A stretch of DNA of 56,196 nucleotides from Asterionella formosa (lineage: Eukaryota): positions 1 to 56,196 of the forward strand of contig NKIB01013511.1 in the NCBI GenBank assembly GCA_002256025.1. Reading direction: 5' to 3'. Numbering within the stretch: position 1 is the stretch's first letter; each line of letters opens with the position of its first letter. Made by a program: the position numbers and the translations under genes. Of the stretch, positions 45,385-56,196 are shown one piece after another. Below the pieces are notes generated by a model. It was not told the origin of the DNA. It did not search any database and worked only from the letters and a program-made list of their open reading frames with translations.

Positions 45385-48300
45385 CTAGCAGCTAAAATTT
45401 GCCACAGCCTTGAGGTCGACCTTGTTGACCTTCGTGGCAAATCGAAGACTGCACAAACTTTCGTTGAAATGATCCATGAGAGGACTACAGCAGACGATAG
45501 CCAACGTTTTCGAGTTGCCACCAAGACTGTTTTGAAGCAAAAATGTAAGTTTGGATTCTCGGTAGGGAATGTTAGTATCCCCATTCTGCAACCGTTCAAT
45601 GACATTCGAAAGCGCGCTCAAGGATTTGTTGATATGCTTTGTTTCTGTCAAGCCGCCACCAGTTGCTCCACTTTTGTCCAAACGTTCACTTCCTGCCAAA
45701 TCACAAATATGTAGATTTCCCTTACGACTAATACCATCCTTGGTATCCACCTCAAAGTGAATCGTGAAAAGCATGTGACTTCGAGAACTCTCCGAGTTGG
45801 ACTGAGTGGCTCTTACACAGCGGCGACTCTGTGCAAGCTCCAGAGCATCCATGACTTCTTTTTTGGACGATGTTGAAACGAGAATATTACCAACAACTTC
45901 TTTTGAAGTCACTTTCAAATTAACATCGCGACAAGACGAAGTGGCCAGCAAGTCACGGACTTCCTCGTTGTAGATCTCCAAGAGTTCAACAGATACCTTC
46001 GCCTTTGTCAAACCACGCGACAATGCCTCTATCTCGGATTTGGCAGCAAAGAGCTTGGCAACCGATCTGGCGACAAGTCCTTCGTTGCATGAATCTCCGA
46101 GCATAGTGTAGGTCTTGCCAGATCCTGTTTGACCGTAAGCAAAAACACATACATTGAAGCCATCAATCGCGCTTTGTACCAATGGTTCTGTCGCTTCCCA
46201 AATTTCTTCCTGTCCGTGCTTTTGTGAGAAGACGTGGTCGAACCCAAACTTCCACTTCTTCTGGCGGTTGCTCAAACCTCCACGATCTTTAAAGGGCTCA
46301 GTGACTTCAATGATATTCTTGGTAAGATCATCCGCAGAGCCCAAAGACGTAGTATCAGCTGAAGGTGAATCGTCCCGATCGTAAGTTCCAGGAAAGTGGA
46401 ATGGGCACTCCTCTTCTTGAATTTGCTCGTGCTTGCGCTTTTTTGCTCCTTTCTCCTGTTTGGTAGCCATCTGTTTTTCGACTTCACCGGGGAGAGCAGG
46501 TCGGACACGCACATACACCCGAATGTTTCCACTCAGCTGCATCACTCGATTGTGAAGATCACGGCGGATTCTGTCACTTTCACGAAGCTTTCGGAATAAT
46601 TCCTCTTCACGACTGTCGAACGTTTTCATTTTACTCTGTGCATCGTTTCTCTGTGCCTCGGTAACCCGTAATCGCTCTTCTAGCTGCTGAATAAGAATTT
46701 GCTGTGCATATCGTCCTTCTTCAAGTTCCTGATTTCGTTCTTTTTCAGTGCGAAGACTCTTCTCCAGGCCCTTGAGAGTTACAGTTGTGCTGGACCATTC
46801 GCTTTCAACTTCTTCCTTGGCGTTGGAGAGTAATTCAACTTTGCTGATTTCTATTTCAAGTGTGGCCTTGAGCGACTTTCGCTCATTCTCGGATTGCTGC
46901 AGCTTAGCAGTCAAATCGGATAAAGCATTTTGGAAACCATGACGGTTCTCTTTCATCTCAATCTCCAAGAGTTCAAGCTTCTTCGCCGCTTGTTGACGAA
47001 GTGCTTTCTCTTTCGATAACATTGCGTTGACATCATCCAAAGATTTTTTTACTTGTTCTGTTTTTTCAGTCTGCATTTTAGCTTCCTTGTTCATTCTCTG
47101 GAAGGCCTTGCTGCTCTCTTCGTTCAAGTTTTGAAATTGAATACGCTCGTCTTCTTTCTCTCTCTTCAGGGTTTCCAATTCGTCCTCTAAAGATTCCTTC
47201 AATGTAAGTGCAGCATCAAGTTTTGTCTCATATTCGGACACCATTTCCTTCTGAGTTGTGAGTTCTTCGTAAGCCTTTCTCCATTGCGCTTCTGACTCGG
47301 GCAACAGCTTGTTCTCGAAAATGTCTAGCTGAGCTTCGTATTCAGCAACCTTATTTTCCAATTGGCCCATTGTGTTCCTCAATAGGTTAACTTCCGTGCT
47401 GAGTTGACCATTCATCGCTGTAAGTTGGTCGCCCTCTGATGCAATCTTTGCAGTCTCGGCATGGCTCTGGGCACGCAGTGATTCAAGCGAATCTTTCATT
47501 TCGTTCACTTCTCTACGAGAAGTATCTAATTTTATCTCTAGCTCTGCGATTTTGGACATTAAAGACACCTTTTCTTTTCGAGCGTCCACAAGTTGGAGCT
47601 CAAAATGTCGCTGTGCTTCTTTCAGGCCTTCGATTTTGACCGAATACTCACGGTTTGAAGCATTCAGTTCTCCTTCCAACTTTGTCTTTTCTACCAGACT
47701 TAGTTCGTTGGCAGCTGAAAGTTTCATTTCAATTTTTTTGTATTCTGCTTGGAGCCTTTTGTTTTCCTCCTCTAGTTTGCTATTATTGGACGACAGGTGC
47801 TCGGTTCGCATGAGTTTCGCCTCCAAAGCAAGTTTCTCGCTCTGAATCTGAAGCATGTTTGTCTCCATCTGCTCCTTTGTCGAGTTCGCGGCGACAAGCT
47901 GACGTACAGCAGCTTCAATGCTGTTGAGCTTTTTCTCGTTCTCGGGGTTGACAACAGGTACTTCAACTCGCTCAACTCGAGTCTCGATAGTAACACGCTC
48001 CGGTGCAGGAGGAGACAGATCCAAGCAGAATTGTTCATTTTCACTCGACTCCCCATTAGTTGGAGAAAAAACTAGAAGACGACCGTTCACCCTGGCTTGA
48101 CGGATTCGTTCTGCTCGAGCCCACTCCTTACGCTCAATCTCCTGCTTCTCGCGACGAGCGTTAGCCTCTTGATCAGGAGGAGAAAAGCTCAAGACAATCC
48201 CGACGTCCCTGTTATCACTCTGATGTGAGACACCGAGAGGTGGAAGGCGATCTCGCCTGGACGGCTTATTCTTGGTCGCAGAGCGGGTCTCCCTTGGGGA

Positions 48301-48646
48301 GGTAGCACCACGTTCCTGGGCAACCTGAAGAAGCGGGTGCAGGCATGGGCATGAGCGAAATGTTGTCATACGTGCACAGCAAGAGTTGATTTAAATGTGG
48401 ATCTGAGATTTTACTCACCTTCCAGTACGGAGTCGGTCCCGGCGAAGGAGGGCACTCTTTCGGGTAGTCAGTATTCTCTTTATTGTCACTGCGAGCAGGA
48501 GAAGGTTCTCTTTTACTGCGCAGACTCGCTCTGCGTTTCATAGCTTTCTTCCTGGTGACTCTTGTGGAGGAATCGATCGTTGCCGGCAGTGACAATCTAG
48601 CTGTCATCGCCTTTTCGGTCGACGATTTGCTGCTGGCTAGAGGCAT
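45385..48646 (-). CDS. Kinesin-14 (Kar3/Ncd/KIFC1-like C-terminal motor), 2 exons: 48646-48419, 48324-45385 (~1055 aa)
   Basis: Neck RRDLHNRVMQLSGNIRVYVRVRP; AYGQTGSGKT, SSRSH, DLAGSER, HINKSLSAL, PYRESKLTFLLQNSLGGNSKT; long coiled coil; phase-0 intron GTGAGT...TCAG at 48418-48325. Confidence 0.93.
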
Positions 48647-49064
48647 GACTATGATTTGAAACTAAATCAATAGACACGACTGTCTGTAAGGGAAAGAGAC
48701 AAAATGTTGCGACAATGGAAGTCTTGAAGTTTGGTAAGGAGTTTTAAATTCTCTACATATATGCAATGATAGCTATAACATATACTGTACGAAAGTAGCA
48801 GTTTGATTTTGTCTTTTTTGTATGAAGTAACAGTATTATATACCGGTTGGTAGGTAGTGTATACCGCTATACAGTTGACATGGGCTATTTGATATCATAT
48901 ATCCCTTAGTATACATAAGGATGTATAGGTAATACATTTTTGGTAATCCTGAGCAATCGTCATGATGAAGCAAACATAAAGCAAACCGCCAAACTTAGTT
49001 CAAACGTCTCCCTATTACCTGTTGTATGTAACGAACGACCTATAATGACGGTACATGATACGGT

Positions 49065-49402
49065 ACGAGGTACCAGGTAGTTCCTGCGAAAAAACTCTTC
49101 TTGAACTTAAATGGGAATAGTACCTGTTACCTGGTACCAGGTACCAGGGTATATGCGAACAGTAAAGACACTGGTGGTGCCGGCGAATCGATGCAACTGT
49201 TACTAGACAGAGGGAGTACCTGGTACCAGTCACAATACATGGAACATACGTTCTGTAGCATATTCATTACTACTTCCAGGTTCCAGATACAGCTACAGTA
49301 TGCGACGGTAAACAGAGAAGTGCAGGTAGGTGCGCGGGAACGATACCTGATACCCCGTACCGGTACCTTGGTACCTGGTACTGGTACCTAGTACCAGGTA
49401 CC
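49065..49402. repeat. TACCTGG/CCAGGTA cluster in the divergent kinesin-14/Stc1-like spacer
   Basis: Runs at 49069-49080, 49127-49150, 49216-49229 and 49357-49402. Confidence 0.85.
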
Positions 49403-49584
49403 ATCGTCCCAGTAAATCAATACAGTACATACAGTAAAGTCTGCATGGTACATGGAGTACTGTTTAGCTTTTGAGGCTCCGGGTCCTTTCACTGTGTATA
49501 GATGATCAGTGAAAACCATCATTATATGATTTCAACCTAGAATTTCCTAACTTGATAATGATTATCATCAAATAATTGCAACAG

Positions 49585-50049
49585 GCACTTGACAAACACC
49601 GAAAGAAAGGGTGTCATTTAAAGTGTAAGAGATGCATGGCAGATGCTGACAACGCAGAACGAGTAGCGGCTGCAGCTGCAGCCAAGCGAGGTGGTAACGA
49701 ACCAGTATTGACTGCAGCAAGAATATGCTCCACCTGTAGGGTGAATCTTCAAGCTGTTGATTTCAATCGCAACCAGCTGGCAAAAGGAGAAGGGAAATCA
49801 AGATGCCGAAGTTGTGTCGACAAGGCTGTCGCTGACGAACAATCTCAGCTTAAATTGACTCGAGAGGTGAAGATAGCAAGTGCCATAACCAGTGTACATG
49901 AGGCCAAGGCCTTGGGAAACTCACAAGCAATTCTTAAGGCGGAATCCGAACTAGCTGCATTAGAAGCCGAAAGGGTGACAGGCTTGAAACCAGTGAAGAT
50001 GAATTGTGGTGGGCGACGCCGTCCGATCAGAGGACGAGGTATGGGCTGA
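49585..50049 (+). CDS. Zinc-ribbon protein (Stc1-like CxxC...CxxC repeats, RG-rich tail); 5' end not identified
   Basis: KCKRCM and CSTC...DFNRNQLAKGEGKSRCRSCV; no ATG upstream of the first Cys pair; candidate acceptor TTGCAACAG ends at 49584. Confidence 0.6.
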   Translation, partial: ALDKHRKKGCHLKCKRCMADADNAERVAAAAAAKRGGNEPVLTAARICSTCRVNLQAVDFNRNQLAKGEGKSRCRSCVDKAVADEQSQLKLTREVKIASAITSVHEAKALGNSQAILKAESELAALEAERVTGLKPVKMNCGGRRRPIRGRGMG

Positions 50050-50149
50050 TTTTTCTCAACGATCAAAAGACGGTAGTTTGCTGAAGAATAAGGTCGAGGC
50101 TTTAAAGCATGATCTGCCCAATGGCTTCTAGTGTATCTGAATTTCTACT

Positions 50150-52412
50150 CTACTGAGTTGCAGCTTCCCCCCAAACAAACCCTTGAAAAACACGAGGGTC
50201 GATCTCCGCCATGGTTTCGTCCCAATCATTTTTGTCGATCCAGTTACAGTTCGATTCCGAAAACTTGGAGCTGGCATACCATCGGATTAGCGCCTCGAAG
50301 GAGGCGGTGTCACGACACCTCGTTCTCGTCGCCATGCGCCGATTGTTTTTGTCAATTAGCCCAGGCATTGAATCGATCAAATCAAAGTAGAATCTTCCCT
50401 TGCTAGCAGGAACCTTCACAACGCTGACAACGTGCTCATGAAAAAATAGAGTGGCGCCAGTTCTCTTGTCTTTATACGATCCTTTCTCGTCTCCTTGGTC
50501 AAGCATCTTGACAAATTCGGCAACTGAGCAAGGATCCATAATATTGCCTCCGATGGCACCAATGAACCAATCTTGACTCAAATACTTGTGATCCACAAGA
50601 TGATCATGCACATCTGATGGAATAATTAGAGCATCACCTCCCAGTCCAAGTTTCCCGCGAATTTCGCGAAGCAATGGCACACATTGACTATCAATAACAT
50701 CAACAATTCCCTCGTCCGGAACGGCATGTGAAGATTTCAAATGACGGGACACAACCAAAGGAGAAATAACGGCACAACCATTGGTGGAGTTGCTATTGCG
50801 TCCTTGAAAAGTATTAATGCCAAAGATTTCAATCTTTAAAAATTGAGATGAGTGAACGTAAAACGGGCAATTGAAATCAACATTTCCACTGACTGATTGG
50901 CAATAAAATGCACTTACCCTTCGCTCCTGTTTGAGCTTTTTGTAGTCAGAAATAAAGTTTTCACGCAATATTCGCATAGGTACATTCTCTGTATTTCTCA
51001 TCGATTGCTTTTGTCGTTCCTTGTCACGGTTGCAATATGTTGGTTCGGAAGATGGGTTCACGGTGGCAGGACGCTGATTCGATAGGCTACTGTCCGCTGG
51101 AGGAGGAATAAGTTGTCGCCGATTCAAGGATTCCTCTGCTCTAGGTAATCCACCTTGAGGATCACGAATTCTTTCCGATACCACTGCTTTGTAACTTGGT
51201 GGAGGTGGTAAGACAATTTCACCAATCAGAGGAGGGGGTATCGGAGGAGGCAAGGGCTCGTCCGAGCGCCGCTCCCTTTGATTCGATCGACTGTTCCTCG
51301 AGTCTTGGGAAACATTGGACTCGTTTGATTGACGCCGAAGATAACTACTTTGACGGCCAGTGGTCTCATCCTCTTCTCGACGATGCTGCCGTCTCGCCTT
51401 TTCAACTTCCGAATCGTTTCGATCTTTTTCATCGACTGTTCCCAATGACCGACGCCTATTGGTATCATTATCACTGCTTCTGCGTCTCCTTTCCCGCCGC
51501 ACTGCGTCGTCTTGCTGTCGGCGTCGAGAAGCATCGCCTCCTCGACCCGAACTAGCATCATCTCTATTTCGTAATTTGTGTAATTCCGGGTCACGCTCGT
51601 CCAATTCAGAATCCAAATTCTTTCGATCCCGGTCCCAATGAGTTTCTTCCTGACTAGAGTATGACCCATTATAACTGACCGTTCCGTGTGCACCATAATT
51701 CTTTCCCGGTTTCTCGGAGCTAGCATTGGGACGAGGCCCTCCCAGCATTTCTAATTTGTTGAGCGCGCTTTGCTCCACATTTCCTCTCGTCTGCCCCGTC
51801 GGTCTCTTTAGTTGATTGACTCGATCCTGAAAATCCTTATATCGACGGGCTTCTTGTTCATCATCTCGTCGTTTCTTCTCTTCCATGAGCTTTCTCCGTT
51901 CTCTTTCTCGCTTGATTTCTTCGTCATCCATCCATTTGGCAATTTGTTCGAGTTTTAAAATAACGTCGGTCATCTCAAGCGCGTTTTGAGTTCGAAGTAG
52001 CTTGTGTTTGGGGGACTTGTAGTAGTTGTGCGTGGGGAGGGCATCAAGAGAAAAGGTAGCGAATCTTTTTCCGTAGACATAGGCATCGTCGAGGCGTCGT
52101 TCGTCGAAGGCCATTTCGAACGAGGCCAATACCTGCAATACCCATAATCGAGTGTAACGCGTGAGACGCGTAGACGTGACGGATTCGTGCATGTCGATAT
52201 TGGTGACAATTAGCTCCTTTTCCAACCGATGGCTTTCCTCCAGTCAGCCTCGTCGTCACGTGTGTACGTACCTTTCGAGCGGCATCGTAGTAGCGTTCAA
52301 TAGGAAAGAAATTGCTGACTACAGGAACTCCTTTTTCACCGAGACCTGCGTCTGCTTGACGCAACGCTGCGCGTCGACCATCGCTAGGTCGAGGCGTCAT
52401 GACACCTGACAT
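50150..52412 (-). CDS. USP8-dimerisation/AMSH-type N-terminal domain protein with an uncharacterised C-terminal Cys-His-Asp domain; 3 exons: 52412-52272, 52132-50918, 50833-50150 (~679 aa)
   Basis: PIERYYDAARK|VLASFEMAFDERRLDDAYVYGKRFATFSLDALPTHNYY matches the AMSH/USP8 N-terminal pattern; introns GTACGT...GCAG (52271-52133) and GTAAGT...AAAG (50917-50834) are both phase 0. Confidence 0.8.
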
Positions 52413-52772
52413 TCGTTATTCGATATTACGTTCTTCTTTCTTTCAAGGTAGTAGGCATACGCGCAAACGTAGGACGTGACGATCATGAACAAAACAAACT
52501 GCAACGAAATAACGACGAGTGTGCAGGAAAATCCATTCGATGGTGCCAGACACTGGCCGTTCGGATCATCCGTGAACACAATGCGGCTTTGGTCGTGCAG
52601 TGGTGAGCATCAGTTACCGGTACCGGTTGTTGCATTCCGAGCTGTAAATACCATATCAATGCACATCCTACACACGACCTCGTAAAATAGTCAACCACTC
52701 CCGTGAGGGGAAAGAATTTTCGGAACCTCGTACTCGGAGTACCTGCAAGTCAGATCTTGCACCATGCTATAG

Positions 52773-52798
52773 CAATTCCAATTCCAATTCCAATTCCA
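52773..52798. repeat. (CAATTC)n hexanucleotide microsatellite, ~4 units
   Basis: caattccaattccaattccaattccaa. Confidence 0.85.
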
Positions 52799-53516
52799 AA
52801 TTGATAAATGTGTATCCTTTTGATTTCATTTTAACTGTCAACCCAGCCAGCTTGTTGTTCCAAATCATATCTGGCTTTAAACCTGGATTTGACAAAAATG
52901 TAGAGTCAAATCTGTTTTAATGTTGCTTAACATGGCAGCCCCACAGCCACTCACACAGTTCAAGGTCAAAATTTTACTTCCAACCATCATCTATCCTCTA
53001 CATACATACAAAGTAGGATATAGTAGTAGAACAACAGCAATTTATTTCCATTAGATTATGCGCAGAGTATATGTTCACATCTTTTAAAAGTATTTAAAAA
53101 ACGCATTTTTTCGAGTAGTAAGCTGACCCTCACAAAGAAAATGGTATATTTTCTACATAATTCGTCCTGACAATAAGCTGCTCGGCACTTGAGTTGCTGC
53201 AAAAAGAGGCAATTGCAAAGCGTCGTTATCATTTTTTCATGGAGATATTCATTATTTTCGTCATGGTCAAGGCTGAGACAACATGTTGCAGTATTCTCCA
53301 GCCGCTCACAACAACTAAACTGTAAGGTTTTATATATAGAAATGAATCGAAATATCTAGGCTAAATAATTTTATACTAGCGTCTAAAAGGGCTACTTCGG
53401 GAACCCTGAGCATATCATATATCATCAGAGGGAAAACAAGCAATATCTACGAAGGTTTCTACATAAGAATATAAGAGTGGTGAATCTCCGAAATTATGAA
53501 ATCGCTGCGATTTGAG

Positions 53517-53645
53517 AATTTCGACTTCTTCATATATTGGATAATCTTGGCAGCATTCCAGACATGAACTTTCGCATATTAGGAAAGCCTAAAGCCTGGA
53601 ATGCTGCCAAAATTCACAGAGAGATGCATGAAGAAGTTGAAAATC
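53517..53645. repeat. Imperfect foldback
   Basis: Perfect 15-bp arms ttggcagcattccag (53547-53561) / ctggaatgctgccaa (53596-53610) plus outer arms tttcgacttcttcat / atgaagaagttgaaa. Confidence 0.8.
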
Positions 53646-53743
53646 GATAGTAAAGTGCGTCTGTAAATAAAAAAACCGTTAGGCCTAACAGTTTTGCTGT
53701 AAGACCCACTGCCCCAAAAATTCTCAGTATGACGTACCTTTTT

Positions 53744-53818
53744 TGATTGATCATACAAAAAAACTGATCGATCATACAGTTTACTGATTGATCATACAAA
53801 AATACTGATTGATTCATT
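53744..53818. repeat. Short tandem array (tgattgatcataca-like, ~4 units), probably TE subterminal repeats
   Basis: tgattgatcatacaaaa / tgatcgatcatacagtt / tgattgatcatacaaaa / tgattgattcatt. Confidence 0.75.
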
Positions 53819-54423
53819 AATATTGTTGCATTCTTGATCTTACGTATAATCACCATAGATCATATATATATTATGTACTATGTAATCGATTGCATTTGTA
53901 ACATAAATAATGAATCACATTTAGTATACACTCGTCATCATATATATATATCAATTAAGTTCAAATCAATAGATCATACGATATGCTTATGATCAATACA
54001 GCACTCTCACTCTTATTATCAACTAATGTTTTGGTGTTCGATCTAAAGATAGTAATCGTGAGATCAAATCAGTTATTAATTCGATCTAACCTTTGGAATG
54101 CTAATATCAAATAGAATTTTCAGCTTTCGATCTAACGTTCATTACTACTGATCTAACTAATTTCGCTCATTGATCAAACCTATTATCATATTCGATCAAT
54201 GATGAACACAAATCGAATTAAATGGATTGCTATTTAATACTGAAATATTCTAAACCTGGTCACCAATAATTTCCACTGTGCATCCTCTATCAGAATGAGC
54301 ACACAGTGGTCTTCAATACCCTTATTTTCACTTCCGGTAGCTATGTTTAGATCATTGCCTTTTCAAAATGAAATGAGAGAGTAAACGAAATTGATGATGT
54401 TTTATTCGAACCTCTACCATTGC

Positions 54424-54870
54424 GAATGGCAGCAAGTCACATTCTCCAATGTTCTTATTCAACTTTCCTGTACGAGATAATAACAACAATGTTAGCAAAG
54501 CTGTTGCATCAAGTAAGCAAGGCAGGCATCTAAACGTAGATATGTGCAACGAAACGATCACATGAACAATCCATCACTCCAATTTCTGTATGAGCAGGCA
54601 ATGTGCATATTACTTACCTGTGCTCTCATGGTTGATTGTTGCTTTCATTAAGAATGGTAGCAAGCCACATTCTCCAAGGTTCATGTATGATTTGAGGAGA
54701 TAATATCAATGTTAGCAAAAGTGTTGCAACGATTAAAGCATCTACAGCCACACATGTACCACGAACTGATGATATAAACAATCTATATAACTTCACGTTC
54801 CAATCGACATAACGAGCATCAAATGAGAGTATAGTAACTTACCTATGCTCTCACTGTTGATTGATGTGTG
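54424..54870. repeat. Degenerate direct tandem duplication, period ~228 bp
   Basis: gaatgg.agcaag.cacattctccaa and acttacct.tgctctca..gttgattg each occur twice ~228 bp apart. Confidence 0.75.
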
Positions 54871-55789
54871 ACAGGGTAGCGTTGTTAACCCTCACTTCTG
54901 CATAGCTATATGGAAGGGAAAGATGTTATTAATGTCGAAAACCTAATTAATGGACACAGACACTACAAAGCCTCTGCAGCATTGTGCACAAACATATTAA
55001 GTGCGGTTTCTTACCTCGTAATTAGGTTGATTTTATCGTTCTTCCTAAGGAGGTGTAGAAAATTTGAGTGGCAACAGCGCACACAAACAGCGATACAGTT
55101 ATATAGTTTGCTTCCGGTCTCACATGGTCAACGTGAAATCCATGATCAAACAAATGATTGACAAAGTTGCTCCCTTCAAATGGTAAATGATGCACCTCTT
55201 GGCCACATTTCTAAATGCATCGAAATTGACAAAAAGTTGAAAAAATATTTTGTAACTGATGATAGCCTTTCTGGAATTAAATTGAAAAAGTTTACAGACT
55301 CATATCGAACTGCAGTTGAAAAGTGGAGAAGCAAAATTTCGGACGAAACGAGAAGGACCATCTTAGGTTCTATGGGAGTGAAAGAGAAAAAAATAGTGGA
55401 TCATTGGGATCATCCAATGTCATCATTCCTTAGTACATTGTAGTTTGTGAAAACCTTCTAATAACTTAACTACTATTTGAAAATATATTATCACTATTAT
55501 TTATAGGAAAAAGATATTTCGTCCCCCTCTTTTTGATAACCCCTTAAACCCTACTAGCCTACATAATCTTCGTATAAACCACCAATACTTTTTTGCCACA
55601 CGAATCTTAGTTGACTCCTCCATGACACTTGCAAACATGATGGAACTGGCAGCAGAAATATTTTCCGAACGGAAATTATTTCTGCTAGTGATTTACACAT
55701 GCTGCTGGTGGGTCAATCTCATCGGACCAAAGCGCGGGCAGCTGACTTGCTTCGCATCACAGGCGATGGCAAGCCACAAAGAAGTCAAC

Positions 55790-56196
55790 AGCACAACAAC
55801 CCTGCAATGACGACGTTAAAGGACAGTGCTGGAAAGTTCATTTTTACGCCCCTCCAGGTGTATACACAATTGATCAGAAGACCCCGACGACAGGATTCGT
55901 CAACGTTGGGGACAATGACGGTAGTGATATCAATTCAATCGACATTGACATTAGATCCGGCAGCTCGTTTAACAATGAGTTTGTAGACGAACGTCCAGGT
56001 CTTCAGCCCGTCATCAGTCCTGCTCCTAGTGCACAGAAACTTGGCTCAATTTCCGGCTGTGTCAAGGAAGATACAGACAACAATGACAGTGGTGATACCA
56101 ACTTAGTCGGAGTGCTTGTGACGCTTTATGACCATACCAGCAATGTCATTGCTACAACTACGCACCATTGCCGGGCAGGTACTCGAAGATATTGAT
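55790..56196 (+). pseudogene. Frameshifted SdrD-B/Cna-B-like adhesin repeat fragment
   Basis: TTLKDSAGKFIF / frameshift / PPGVYTIDQKTPTGFVNVGDNDGSDIN...NEFVDE...GSISGCVKEDTDNNDSGDTNLVGVLVTLYD..SNVIATTT, then loss of similarity and a stop at the window edge. Confidence 0.7.

Overview
Eukaryotic nuclear DNA, most likely a diatom or a close stramenopile relative. Supporting evidence: short GT-AG introns, a circularly permuted (type III) metacaspase, a signal peptide with an AF-type plastid targeting motif, and diatom-style LINE and Harbinger relics. About 16 protein-coding genes (one 5'-incomplete, plus a partial ORF at the left edge) lie mostly in tight tail-to-tail pairs: PP2C/kinesin-4, ORC6-like/galactokinase, metacaspase/BolA, NSUN2/glycerate kinase, mitochondrial carrier/RanGAP, FSA-type aldolase/kinesin-14 and Stc1-like zinc finger/USP8-dimer protein. 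Phytochelatin synthase and a META-domain gene are unpaired. The spacers are AT-rich and full of MITEs, transposon relics and pseudogene fragments. A palindromic TACCTGG/CCAGGTA heptamer repeat clusters upstream of genes. Highlights: (1) an ~1730-aa kinesin-4 motor apparently fused in one reading frame to a PRC1/Ase1/MAP65-like crosslinker, ending in D-box and KEN degrons, i.e. a candidate one-polypeptide spindle-midzone module; (2) an AMSH/USP8-type N-terminal domain plus a PPxY motif joined to an unrecognised Cys-His-Asp domain, a candidate new deubiquitinase; (3) a putatively plastid-targeted transaldolase-family enzyme with fructose-6-phosphate-aldolase-type residues; (4) a divergent ORC6-like gene head-to-head with the kinesin; (5) a Harbinger MITE nested in an inverted copy of its own family, and an inverted duplicate of the PP2C promoter and start codon 17 kb away. 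All family assignments come from motif recognition by eye; no searches were run.
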